This document shows positions 9,728 through 19,333 of a stretch of 64,000 nucleotides of DNA, in pieces (within the stretch, counting starts at the first letter, position 1; every line of letters starts with the position of its first letter). This DNA comes from Candidatus Pollutiaquabacter sp. GTDB taxonomy: Bacteria > Bacteroidota > Bacteroidia > AKYH767-A > 2013-40CM-41-45. The notes beneath the pieces are model-generated. The model was given only the letters and a program-made list of their open reading frames with translations. It ran no database searches and was not told the origin of the DNA. Made by a program: the position numbers and the translations under genes. The stretch lies in contig CANIAS010000002.1 in NCBI GenBank assembly GCA_947465495.1, forward strand, positions 14,274 to 78,273, written 5' to 3'.

Positions 9728-10999
9728 TTAACCAAAAACTACCACTCCTATCAATGCTACTGCAGCTGCGGTCATTACCAGTAATGTAATCGCGCCAAAA
9801 ATATTAGACCACCGCCTATTGGTATATCTACCCATGATCGTTGAGTTATTACAGATAAGAAGAACAATTGCAATAATTACGGGTGAAGTCAAACCATATA
9901 GTACAGCAGTGTAAAGCAAAGATTGCACAGGTGATATCCCAATAAAGTTAATTAATAACGCAACGCTTACAGAGCAAATCATCACAACATAAAATCCTCG
10001 AGCTTCATGAAACTTTTTATTCAGTCCTTCGGCCCAACCGAATGTTTCTGAAGTTATATAGGAAAGCGAACCTGCCAATACAGGTATTGCTAAGAATCCT
10101 GTTCCCAGAATTCCTATTGCGAACAACCAATACGCCGAACGTCCAGCCAATGGCAGCAATGCTCTTGCCGCTTGCTCTACCGTGGTTATTTCCGTAAGTC
10201 CGACTGGATGCAAAAGTGCTCCGGTTGAAAGCATAATAAAGAACATTACTAAACAAGAAAAGAGCATACCAAAATCAACATCAGTACGCATATCTGATAA
10301 AATCCGCTTGTCAATAATGAGTTGATACTGCTCCTTCTCTTCCACCTCCATGCTGGTTTGCCAAAAAAACATGTAGGGGGAAATGGTTGTACCCAATACG
10401 CCCACCAGAATTAACAAGTAATCGCGACTAAAGTGCAATTCGGGTATAAAAGTCATTTTAACGACATCGTTCCAATTCACATGTGCTAAAAATGGCACAA
10501 TAATATAGGCTAACAAGGCTACGCAAAGCCATTTCATGATCCCTGCTAATTTCCGATACGGAAGATAAATTATCGTTACTAATAATAACATGGTAAAGAA
10601 GACCGAAAAGAATGCAGGATGAACAGAGGGCACCAAAAGATTTGCAACGGCTCCCATTCCTGCTATATCAGCACCAATGTTCAACGTAATTGCAGGAAAA
10701 CTAAATGCAATCATTACATAAAGCAGTGACTTAGAATAATGTTTTTTCAAAACGCCTGTTAAACCCGTACTTGTGACTAAGCCAATACGAGCGCACATTT
10801 CTTGCATGGACGCCATTAACGGAAAAGTCAACCAAGCGGTCCAAAGTGTTCCGTAGCCAAAAGCAGCACCTGCCTGACTATACGTAGCTATGCCAGAAGG
10901 ATCATCGTCACTTGCACCAGTAATTAAACCCGGCCCTAGCTTTTTCCAGAACCCCTTCGCATCCTGCTTTTTCGTAGTTCCATTCGCTTCCATTATCAA
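9728..10999 (-). CDS. mntH: NRAMP-family divalent metal (Mn2+/Fe2+) transporter
   Basis: 423 aa polytopic. The NRAMP signature GPGLITGASDDDPSGIATYSQAGA is present. Confidence 0.9.
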   Translation of the reverse strand: MIMEANGTTKKQDAKGFWKKLGPGLITGASDDDPSGIATYSQAGAAFGYGTLWTAWLTFPLMASMQEMCARIGLVTSTGLTGVLKKHYSKSLLYVMIAFSFPAITLNIGADIAGMGAVANLLVPSVHPAFFSVFFTMLLLVTIIYLPYRKLAGIMKWLCVALLAYIIVPFLAHVNWNDVVKMTFIPELHFSRDYLLILVGVLGTTISPYMFFWQTSMEVEEKEQYQLIIDKRILSDMRTDVDFGMLFSCLVMFFIMLSTGALLHPVGLTEITTVEQAARALLPLAGRSAYWLFAIGILGTGFLAIPVLAGSLSYITSETFGWAEGLNKKFHEARGFYVVMICSVSVALLINFIGISPVQSLLYTAVLYGLTSPVIIAIVLLICNNSTIMGRYTNRRWSNIFGAITLLVMTAAAVALIGVVVFG

Positions 11000-11158
11000 T
11001 GCATCGCAGTGCGCACCATTTTTTAAAATAATTATTATGTGTCAATATTACTTAATTATACTATTCAATAAATTTTCAAAACCATGATATTCATCATATC
11101 GACACCGCGGCCGTTGCCTAATTTTAACATGAAATACCAATTACTTTAAAATATTGAT

Positions 11159-11965
11159 TTGGTCTATATGTCTCCATTTTCGCTTAATGTCTCCAAAATT
11201 TTCCGTTCCTCCTGGAATAATTTCTTTGAAGAAGTTGGAGCTACTGCGCAATTTGCTGCTGATTTTTCCAAGCAATTATTTTTTCCGCCTTATGAGACAA
11301 AAGAAACGATCAAACAATGCTATGAAATTGGCTATCGTTCCTTTCCATTGGTTGCTATTACCTCTTTCATTATCGGACTTGTTCTGACGCTGCAATCCAG
11401 GCCAACACTCATCGAATTTGGAGCAGAAGCTTGGCTTCCGTCCATGGTTGGAATCTCTATTATTCGCGAAATAGGACCAGTGATTACCGCGCTTATATGT
11501 GCCGGTAAAATTGGATCAAGCATTGGAGCCGAGCTCGGTTCAATGCGTGTCACAGAGCAAATCGACGCGATGGAAGTTTCAGGAACAAATCCATTCAAAT
11601 ACATAGCAGTCACGCGCATGATCGCAACTACGCTGATGGTACCGGTTTTGGTTGTGCTAGGAGATGCTATTGCCTTGTATGGATCCTACCTTGCCGTAAA
11701 CTTAAAGAGCACGATTACCCTGAAGCTTTATTTCAATCAGGTTTTTGAATCCTCGGATTTTAGCGATGCCATTCCATCCATTATAAAATCTTATTTCTTC
11801 GGTTTTGCAATCGGTTTAACGGGATGTTATAAAGGGTACAATTCCAGAAAAGGAACAGAAGGAGTTGGACGATCAGCAAATAGCGCAGTTGTGGTATCAT
11901 CACTGCTCATTTTTATTATTGACCTCATTGCGGTTCAAATCACGGAATTCCTTGGTCTTATATGA
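11159..11965 (+). CDS. mlaE: MlaE-family ABC transporter permease
   Basis: 268 aa. The MlaE/YrbE pattern (REIGPVITALICAGKIGSSIGAELGSMRVTEQIDAMEV) is present. Confidence 0.85.
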   Translation: MVYMSPFSLNVSKIFRSSWNNFFEEVGATAQFAADFSKQLFFPPYETKETIKQCYEIGYRSFPLVAITSFIIGLVLTLQSRPTLIEFGAEAWLPSMVGISIIREIGPVITALICAGKIGSSIGAELGSMRVTEQIDAMEVSGTNPFKYIAVTRMIATTLMVPVLVVLGDAIALYGSYLAVNLKSTITLKLYFNQVFESSDFSDAIPSIIKSYFFGFAIGLTGCYKGYNSRKGTEGVGRSANSAVVVSSLLIFIIDLIAVQITEFLGLI

Positions 11966-11975
11966 AAAAGAAATA

Positions 11976-12722
11976 ATGTCCACCGAACCCATCATAGAAG
12001 TAATCCATCTTAAAAAATCATTTGGCAAAAACCAGGTAATGACCAATTTCAACCTAACCGTTGTTCGGGGTGAAAACGTGGTGGTGCTAGGGCGATCGGG
12101 ATGCGGCAAATCGGTCCTGATCAAATGTATAGTGGGATTACTGCCCTATGATGAAGGATCAATTCGAATTTTTGGCAAAGAAATATGCACTTTGCCGAAG
12201 CAGGAACTGGATCAACTTCGTGCACGTATAGGTTTCGTCTTCCAAAGTAGCGCACTTTATGACAGCATGACCGTTGGTGAAAACCTGGAATTCCCGCTAA
12301 TCAGACATCAAAAAGACAAAAGTAAATCTGAGATCCAGCGCATGGTGCAAGAAACTCTTGCCAACGTTGGGCTAGCGCACGCCATTAATTTAATGCCCGC
12401 TGAATTATCTGGAGGAATGAGAAAAAGAATTGGCCTTGCGAGAGCGCTGGTATTAAAACCTGAAATAATCCTCTACGATGAACCAACGACAGGACTTGAT
12501 CCTATTACTGCTAAGGAAATCAGTCAACTAATGCTACAGTTACAACGCACCTACAATACCACCTCAATTATCATCTCCCACGATATGAACTGTTCACGTT
12601 TGACAGCAAACCGAATGTGCGTGATGATTGATGGCATTAACCACGCAGAAGGAACGTTCGAAAGTTTAAGTACTTCGTTGGACACAAAAGTCAACTCCTT
12701 CTTTGAACAAACCCAGGCATGA
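11976..12722 (+). CDS. mlaF: ABC transporter ATP-binding protein (MlaF-like)
   Basis: It has Walker A GRSGCGKS, the signature LSGGMRKR and Walker B ILYDEPTTGLD. The start is chosen at the ATG at 11976 (MSTEPIIEV...) rather than the overlapping upstream start in the track. Confidence 0.85.
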   Translation: MSTEPIIEVIHLKKSFGKNQVMTNFNLTVVRGENVVVLGRSGCGKSVLIKCIVGLLPYDEGSIRIFGKEICTLPKQELDQLRARIGFVFQSSALYDSMTVGENLEFPLIRHQKDKSKSEIQRMVQETLANVGLAHAINLMPAELSGGMRKRIGLARALVLKPEIILYDEPTTGLDPITAKEISQLMLQLQRTYNTTSIIISHDMNCSRLTANRMCVMIDGINHAEGTFESLSTSLDTKVNSFFEQTQA

Positions 12723-13684
12723 ATACAACCACCAACCATCGCATCAAGTTAGGGATGTTCCTTTTCACTGGCTCTATTTTACTAGTGGTAGGATTATATA
12801 TGATTGGAAAGAACAAAAGCTTGTTTGGAAGTTCTTATACACTAATCGCACATTTTGATCAAATCAGCGGTTTACAGCCGGGCAACAACATCCGGTATTC
12901 AGGAATTGATATCGGCACAGTAGAGGATATTCAATTACTAAACGATACCACCATCGAAGTAACCATGACTATTGCAAAAAAAATGGCTGTGATAATTCGA
13001 ACCAATTCCATTGCTTCCATTGGCACAGATGGATTAATGGGTAACAAGCTTATTAATATAGAACCTGGAACTGTCTCGAGTCCCATGGCCCAGGAGGGAG
13101 AAATACTTCCAAGCATAAAATCTGTGGATACCGAAGCAATGCTTAGGACACTCCAATCAACTAACACCAATGTAGAAAGGATATCAACCGACCTGATGGA
13201 ATTGACCATGACGATTAACAAGAGTAGGGGCACCCTTTACACCATGCTACTGGACACCAACCTAGCCCTAGGTTTAGAAAATACACTTTCCAATGTCGAA
13301 AAAATCAGCATCCACTTAAATAGCTTTTCATCGGGACTAGCAAAAATGAGCAGTGACATACAGCACGGGAAAGGCGCCATAGGAGCACTTCTGAATGATA
13401 CTGGCTCTGTGGTGTTAGATCTTGAGCAAACGATGCGAAATTTACATTCTTCCAGTGAGAAAATTGATAAAACCGCAACATCACTAAACAGTTTAATGCA
13501 AGAAGCAAAAGAAGGCCATGGAAGCCTTACTGTAATCCTACGCGACACTGTAACTGCCAATCATTTAAAACGCGCGTTAGAATACATTGACTCTAGTGCT
13601 TATAATTTAAATTTAAACATGGAAGCATTAAAACATACTTTTCTCATGCGAAACTACTTCAAGAAGTCCAAATCAAACCAATAA
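12719..13684 (+). CDS. mlaD: MCE/MlaD-family substrate-binding protein
   Basis: 321 aa. An N-terminal TM helix is followed by an MCE domain (GLQPGNNIRYSGIDIGTVEDI). It overlaps mlaF by 4 nt. Confidence 0.85.
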   Translation: MNTTTNHRIKLGMFLFTGSILLVVGLYMIGKNKSLFGSSYTLIAHFDQISGLQPGNNIRYSGIDIGTVEDIQLLNDTTIEVTMTIAKKMAVIIRTNSIASIGTDGLMGNKLINIEPGTVSSPMAQEGEILPSIKSVDTEAMLRTLQSTNTNVERISTDLMELTMTINKSRGTLYTMLLDTNLALGLENTLSNVEKISIHLNSFSSGLAKMSSDIQHGKGAIGALLNDTGSVVLDLEQTMRNLHSSSEKIDKTATSLNSLMQEAKEGHGSLTVILRDTVTANHLKRALEYIDSSAYNLNLNMEALKHTFLMRNYFKKSKSNQ

Positions 13685-13721
13685 ATAGAAGACTTCAACC
13701 TTTTAGGCACTATACTCAATT

Positions 13722-14774
13722 ATGAACTCCTCCGTAAAAATAACGCCAACCCTCAAACTCCTTCAGTTAATTGTATTTGCCAGTATCATACTATACTTTG
13801 GGAAGCCGATTTTTGTACCAATTAGCTTTTCCTTGTTGATAAGCTTCATACTCTACCCAATATGCCAAGCTCTTGAAAAAAAAGGTGTTCCTAGAGGATT
13901 AGCAATCGGATTCAATTTGCTATGGCTAAGCGCACTATTAGGACTAATCGTTTATCTCTTATTCTATCAATTCGGAAGGTTCATAAACGACTGGCCCGCA
14001 TTGAAACAAAAATTATCATTTGCTTATCATGAATTACAACATTACATATTTATAAAGACCGGCGTAACCTTACCAGAACAAGACAACTGGCTAAAACAAA
14101 CTATATCGCAATCATCAGGCAATGTGTTTAAATTCTTAAAGACGTTTATATACAATGCAGCCATCAACGTTGTGCTATTAATTCTTATACCTATACTGTC
14201 AGGATTAATTCTATATTCTAGAGAACGGTGGGTAAAAGTACTTTATATGTTGTTGCCAAATCTTGAACACCAAGAAATCAGAAACATCCTAAAAGAATCT
14301 ATCCACGCCTACTATAATTTCATCAAAGGAATGGGCACCGTATACATTGTGGTGGCAATTCTAAACTGTATTGGCTTAATCATCCTTGGAATACCACATG
14401 CCATTCTATTTGGATGCATCGCCTCTGTCCTCACATTCATACCGTACGTCGGCATCCTTGTTGCCTCCTTGTTACCAATTACAATTTCATGGCTAACTTT
14501 CGACTCCATCTGGTATCCCATAGGTGTTATCGTGATCTTTACAATAGTCCAGTACCTAGAAGCGAATGTGATCTTTCCTTTGGCAGTTAGTAGCCGACTC
14601 AGTTTAAACACCTTTATCACCATTGTTGTGATTTTAGTTGGTGGATTACTTTGGGGTGCAGCTGGCATGATCTTATTTATTCCATTCATCGGAATAATAA
14701 AGCTAATTGCCGATCGAAGCGAAAAACTCGCAGGCCTTTCGATGCTACTTGGGAACGGAAAAATTCATCCATGA
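13722..14774 (+). CDS. AI-2E family (PerM/YhhT-like) transporter
   Basis: 350 aa with about 8 TM helices and the typical AI-2E topology. Conserved FIPYVG and LLWGAAGMILFIPF segments are present. Confidence 0.75.
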   Translation: MNSSVKITPTLKLLQLIVFASIILYFGKPIFVPISFSLLISFILYPICQALEKKGVPRGLAIGFNLLWLSALLGLIVYLLFYQFGRFINDWPALKQKLSFAYHELQHYIFIKTGVTLPEQDNWLKQTISQSSGNVFKFLKTFIYNAAINVVLLILIPILSGLILYSRERWVKVLYMLLPNLEHQEIRNILKESIHAYYNFIKGMGTVYIVVAILNCIGLIILGIPHAILFGCIASVLTFIPYVGILVASLLPITISWLTFDSIWYPIGVIVIFTIVQYLEANVIFPLAVSSRLSLNTFITIVVILVGGLLWGAAGMILFIPFIGIIKLIADRSEKLAGLSMLLGNGKIHP

Positions 14775-14776
14775 AA

Positions 14777-15547
14777 TTATCGGAATTGGCTTTGAGGAAT
14801 TGAACCCACCCGTTCCATATATTTGGAGGCAAAGTCATATCCGACTTTAAAAATATCCTCCATATCTACTTTATCAAAAACACCAAATCGACACAAGTCA
14901 GGAGGCTCAAGGTATAAATCGCATAATTTCTTACGCGCTTTGACGGTCTGCCAAGCACCCAGGGACATCAATCGATCCATTAAGGCAAAGGCAGTATTAA
15001 CAGATCGTCCTTTGACCCATGGATTTACATGCACTCCTACCAACGTTACATCTTCTTCGAGAAAAGGCTCCACCGGTAAGTTATTAAGTACTCCGCCATC
15101 TACCAATTGATTTCCATCAATCAAAACAGGTTCGAACAACACTGGGATGGATGAAGAAGCTAGCAGTGGCCGGATCAATTCTCCTGCCGTAAAAAAATCG
15201 GAATGACCTTGAGTGAGATCGCTGCTGGAAACAATTAAAGGGAAATTCAATCGTTCAAATCTATTATCGGGGAAATAATCTAACAACACATTGCCTAATT
15301 TCTCCAATGTCATTACCGGATGACCATTTTGAGGTTGTAGCAGTTGAAACAGATCTCGTTTTATAAGAATTTGCAGAATTTCATCAGGTGTATATCCTCC
15401 CGCCAAAAAAGCACCTGCTACCGCTCCGCTACTAACACCAGAAATCGCCTCTAGCACCATTCCCCGTTGTTGCAGTGCTTTCACTACTCCCAAATGTGCC
15501 ACTCCACGGACACCACCGCCAGATAGTACTAGATTTATAGGTTGCAT
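14777..15547 (-). CDS. Patatin-like phospholipase
   Basis: The oxyanion hole LVLSGGGVRG, the serine lipase motif GVSSG and a downstream DGG are all present. 256 aa. Confidence 0.9.
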   Translation of the reverse strand: MQPINLVLSGGGVRGVAHLGVVKALQQRGMVLEAISGVSSGAVAGAFLAGGYTPDEILQILIKRDLFQLLQPQNGHPVMTLEKLGNVLLDYFPDNRFERLNFPLIVSSSDLTQGHSDFFTAGELIRPLLASSSIPVLFEPVLIDGNQLVDGGVLNNLPVEPFLEEDVTLVGVHVNPWVKGRSVNTAFALMDRLMSLGAWQTVKARKKLCDLYLEPPDLCRFGVFDKVDMEDIFKVGYDFASKYMERVGSIPQSQFR

Positions 15548-15556
15548 AAGCTGAAA

Positions 15557-16672
15557 TTAGGCATGAAGTGCAACGGTTGCATGCTTTCGCAAGGACTGCC
15601 GATAAGAAACGAATTCCATAATATTTTCAAAATCGAGATATCCCTTAAAAGAACCATTTTCTTTGACCAGTAGCAGAGCAGTTTGATCTGCTTGCATGGA
15701 AGCAAATACCTTTTCCAACGGATCATCGGCTTCAGCTGTTTGAATGCCACGTCTCATACAGGTCTCCACAAAGACATCCTGTCCATGCAAACCTATTTCT
15801 TCAAACAATAACTTACGATCAATTGTACCAACCGGTAAATCCCCCTTAAATACCACAAAACGCTCAGTTTGCGTATGTAACAATTGGTCGACCACTTCGC
15901 GAAGTGTAGAATCTGCAGCAACGGCATCCATGTTAGGCATAATGACATCCTTTACTTTGGCACCTCGCAAGAACTCACGTGATATACTCTGAGTAAGCTC
16001 CATCTGCGCTGCTAACAGAACAAAAACTCCCACAAAAGCCAAGATAGCGTTAGAATATAAACCCGATAATATCATGATCATGGCAATCAACTGACCGATC
16101 CTTACAGCTACGCGTGTAGCCTTTAGACGATCTAATCGCAAGGATAGCAGTCCATGCAAAATCCTACCGCCATCCATGGGATAAGCGGGAATTAAATTAA
16201 AAAGCGCCAGCACTACGTTTGCATAGTAAAAGTGAGCCATCCAATTCCTTATAGTGAGTTCACTCATCACAGAAAACGCTGGCACACCTGAATCAATGAA
16301 AAAGAAAACGTATATCAAAACAGCCAATATGACATTGACTAATGGTCCGGCTAAAGAAACATAAACTTCCTCTTTAGGCACATCGGGTAATCTATCCATG
16401 CGTGCCATTCCCCCAATGGGTAGCAGTACAATATCACGCGTAGTGCATCCATAACGGCGGGCCGTTAGCGCATGTCCTAACTCATGCAAGACGACGGTTG
16501 CAAATACAGCCAATACTAACAGGAATAAGAGCACTGTGGATTCGAATCCTGATTTTAAATAAGCCTGTGACAAACCCAGGTAAATGAAAAGCAACAAAAA
16601 GGTCCAATGGACATAAATGCCAATACCGAATAAACTAATCAGCCTCCACGCTCCTTTTACTGCTTGTTTCAT
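15557..16672 (-). CDS. Site-2 protease family (M50) zinc metallopeptidase with a C-terminal CBS pair
   Basis: HELGHAL (HExxH) lies in a TM helix, a second-site NLIPAYPMDGG is present, and CBS-like domains occupy the C-terminus. 371 aa. Confidence 0.85.
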   Translation of the reverse strand: MKQAVKGAWRLISLFGIGIYVHWTFLLLFIYLGLSQAYLKSGFESTVLLFLLVLAVFATVVLHELGHALTARRYGCTTRDIVLLPIGGMARMDRLPDVPKEEVYVSLAGPLVNVILAVLIYVFFFIDSGVPAFSVMSELTIRNWMAHFYYANVVLALFNLIPAYPMDGGRILHGLLSLRLDRLKATRVAVRIGQLIAMIMILSGLYSNAILAFVGVFVLLAAQMELTQSISREFLRGAKVKDVIMPNMDAVAADSTLREVVDQLLHTQTERFVVFKGDLPVGTIDRKLLFEEIGLHGQDVFVETCMRRGIQTAEADDPLEKVFASMQADQTALLLVKENGSFKGYLDFENIMEFVSYRQSLRKHATVALHA

Positions 16673-17067
16673 TTCAACGTAGTTATTTTCACAGCGAGTT
16701 TCTTTAACAAATCAAGTTCGACAGGTTGTAATCCTCTTGCTGCCACAGCTGTATCCTTCAACAAATGAAGTGATCTTTTCTTAGTTTCTTCAGAAATACG
16801 AACGCCTTTATTCTCCTTCACAAAATTGTCAAAGGAAGAAAGTATCTCGTGCGGCTTTGCATTTTTCTCAAGCATATTTTTAAAAGCAATCTTAGCAATC
16901 AGCACCTCGGCGGCAGCTTCACTATTTTCAGCGTCTTGAGGTCTCATCAACCATTCCCGGAACATGGTGTTTACCCGATTGATTTCCGCTTCTTGAATGG
17001 TGCCGTCAATTGCAGCTACTGCATATACTAACTGACCTAATTGCTCATAGAATTTTCGATGTGACAT
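16669..17067 (-). CDS. TerB-family (tellurite-resistance-like) protein
   Basis: 132 aa, all-helical. VAAIDGTIQEAEINRV matches the TerB pattern. The stop overlaps the S2P start (ATGA). Confidence 0.65.
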   Translation of the reverse strand: MSHRKFYEQLGQLVYAVAAIDGTIQEAEINRVNTMFREWLMRPQDAENSEAAAEVLIAKIAFKNMLEKNAKPHEILSSFDNFVKENKGVRISEETKKRSLHLLKDTAVAARGLQPVELDLLKKLAVKITTLK

Positions 17068-17164
17068 AGCGATGGAGTTTTAAAGGGGAGAAACCCTTAC
17101 ATCAGTATTAAATTTATTTTTGAAAACATAATTAGAATTGAAATGGGAATAAAATTGCACTCAA

Positions 17165-17998
17165 TTAAACTGTACCAGGAAAGACGATAAGCGGAAGTCT
17201 GGTGTGATATGCCATCCTTTTAGTTAAACTTCGTTCAAAGAGTTTACGCATGAATGGCCGATGTCGAATTGTCATTGCAACCATATCCGCATCCACTTCT
17301 TCCAAATAATGATTAATGGAAGAGTATACATCAGTCCCATCCAATAACTTAAAACTTATTTTACTGAAATGGCTATCTTCACGTATACTTTCCATGAATT
17401 TCTCAATGGCATCAAATTCAAATGTGCGATCGTATTTACCACTTGTAATATGAAGGAGTATGATTTCAGCTTGCAGAACGCGAGCAAAATCGATTACCTG
17501 TTCAATATTGCCAAAATCGCCTTCCTCATAACTGGTAGCAAAAACAATACGATCAATCGTCTTCTTTGTAGACAGTTCAGGAATGGCAATAACCGGACAT
17601 GTACTATGTTCAAACACGGAAGCAGTGATGGTGCCAATCAACGCTTCGCGTAAGCCAGAGGCCCCCTTCGTACCCATGATGATTAAATCTGCGGATGATT
17701 CAATGGCAGATTTTGGAATTTCATCTTCAGCGTACCCGGCCGAAGCATGAACATTGAATTTCAAGGCTGGGTACTTTTTCAAATATCGCTTACGGACATC
17801 GCCAAGCCCATCCAGTGAATTTTTCTCCAATTCTGCATCCGAAGGAATGGCTAATGGGAGATCAGTAGCATAAATTGGCGACACGTATGAATGGTGCAAG
17901 ACAATTTCAGCCTTTAACTTTAAGCTTAGCCCGCAAGCAAAATCCAATGCATGGTCAGCATCACGAGAGAAGTCGGTAGGGACCAGTATTTTTTTCAT
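17165..17998 (-). CDS. Universal stress protein, tandem UspA domains
   Basis: 277 aa. It has MKKILVPTDFSRDADHALDFA and GTKGASGLREALIGT. Confidence 0.85.
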   Translation of the reverse strand: MKKILVPTDFSRDADHALDFACGLSLKLKAEIVLHHSYVSPIYATDLPLAIPSDAELEKNSLDGLGDVRKRYLKKYPALKFNVHASAGYAEDEIPKSAIESSADLIIMGTKGASGLREALIGTITASVFEHSTCPVIAIPELSTKKTIDRIVFATSYEEGDFGNIEQVIDFARVLQAEIILLHITSGKYDRTFEFDAIEKFMESIREDSHFSKISFKLLDGTDVYSSINHYLEEVDADMVAMTIRHRPFMRKLFERSLTKRMAYHTRLPLIVFPGTV

Positions 17999-18027
17999 AT
18001 CATTATTTTCATAAGATGAAGAGCTAA

Positions 18028-19113
18028 TTAATAATACTTGACGACTGCTATTTTCTGGAAGTCAGTCAATCGACCATTGGAAACAAATTGTATGTCTCCC
18101 TTACTTCGTAATACCATCTCAATGAGATCATCGACTGCATCAGAAATATTACGGTGGGAGCCAGGAAGAAGTTGATCCACGTGAATGGACATACCATCTT
18201 CCCGGAAATAGGCTGGTTGCACATAGTCTTTTTCAACCAACAACAACCTACATTGCCCCTCCGTAACCGCACGCCAGACCTCCTCCACGCCGGCTGCGTA
18301 ACTTCCTTTACTTACCGCTGAGGCCAGCGACAAAAGGCTTTTCTCCTCTACTTCTTGGTTAACTTTATCTAAAATAGGCTCCAACAACTTTCTTAACTGC
18401 GGTGATGTAGCATGTTCGTAATTACCCTCCACAAAACCAATGGTATTGCGCTCATTAGCAGACTGAGCTTTGATGTAGCCTAAAAACTTCTTGTCGCCCA
18501 TAAAAACGATTGGCGTATCGGAATTGCCTAACGCTTGATGAACCGCATGATCTATTAGCCGCAAAAAATTTCGTATGTTTTTTTCGTTATATGCCTTCGT
18601 ATCAAGGTATTCCCATCCTGGTAATGAATGATTATTTGTTACATCAGCGATGTTATCGGGCATATCCTTGAAAACTACCGGAAAGAAGATTTTTCCATAA
18701 ACCATAGAGGTCCGCACTCCATTCTTTGTAATAGCAACCAATAAAAACTGCTTATTCAGTTTGACGGAATAGACCAAGTCACGCACTTCAAAAGAATCGT
18801 CGACAACTACTTTTTCTGTGACGTTGAATGGCAACTGAACCAATCGAGCATGATGAGGAGAAACGTAAATAGCAAGGCCTTCAGAAAGTTGGGTATAATT
18901 GATTTCGTCCACAGTATCATGTAACCTTCTCATCATCTCTTCTGTTTTTTGTTTACTGTAACGATCATGGAGTTGACTTTGCACTTGTGATACCAAATCA
19001 ATCATATGTTCTCGATCCAACTTGAAAGCAGGATATTGAGGGTGAGTTGGGACGACAATTGAAATCGCAGGAAATTCTTTTTGACCGATCAAGTCTTTTT
19101 CGAGGAGTTGCAT
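18028..19113 (-). CDS. eRF1/Pelota-like protein lacking GGQ (a bacterial baeRF-type release-factor homolog). Hypothetical.
   Basis: 361 aa. Three segments align by eye to eRF1 domains 2-3: FLLVAITKNGVRTSMVYG ~ FGFIVIDGSGALFGTL; GFVEGNYEH...KVNQEVEEKSL ~ ISYGGENGF...NVKFIQEKKL; KGSYAAGVEEVWRAVTEGQCRLLLV ~ [23 protein letters not shown]. No GGQ is present in the equivalent loop. Confidence 0.5.
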   Translation of the reverse strand: MQLLEKDLIGQKEFPAISIVVPTHPQYPAFKLDREHMIDLVSQVQSQLHDRYSKQKTEEMMRRLHDTVDEINYTQLSEGLAIYVSPHHARLVQLPFNVTEKVVVDDSFEVRDLVYSVKLNKQFLLVAITKNGVRTSMVYGKIFFPVVFKDMPDNIADVTNNHSLPGWEYLDTKAYNEKNIRNFLRLIDHAVHQALGNSDTPIVFMGDKKFLGYIKAQSANERNTIGFVEGNYEHATSPQLRKLLEPILDKVNQEVEEKSLLSLASAVSKGSYAAGVEEVWRAVTEGQCRLLLVEKDYVQPAYFREDGMSIHVDQLLPGSHRNISDAVDDLIEMVLRSKGDIQFVSNGRLTDFQKIAVVKYY

Positions 19114-19333
19114 GGCAGATTTATTTTAGATTGAAACTCCTGTAAACGTACGCGTCGAAAAACAGAACACCGATGACTGCGGACAAGGCAAGCAGTGATT
19201 TTGCTCACCCATTTTTAAAAACACTAATTTGATGCGGCAACGCGCTATTGTATAAATAGTCACTATAAATCAATTCTGGAAATCGTGGATTAAAACACGA
19301 ATTTGAACGGATTTTTTTATATTTTTAGTCTCG

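Noticed and set aside
15535-15992. The ORFs at 15535-15750 (-) and 15744-15992 (+) overlap the start of S2P.
   Set aside because: They are fully embedded in the S2P coding region or its start and have no features of their own.
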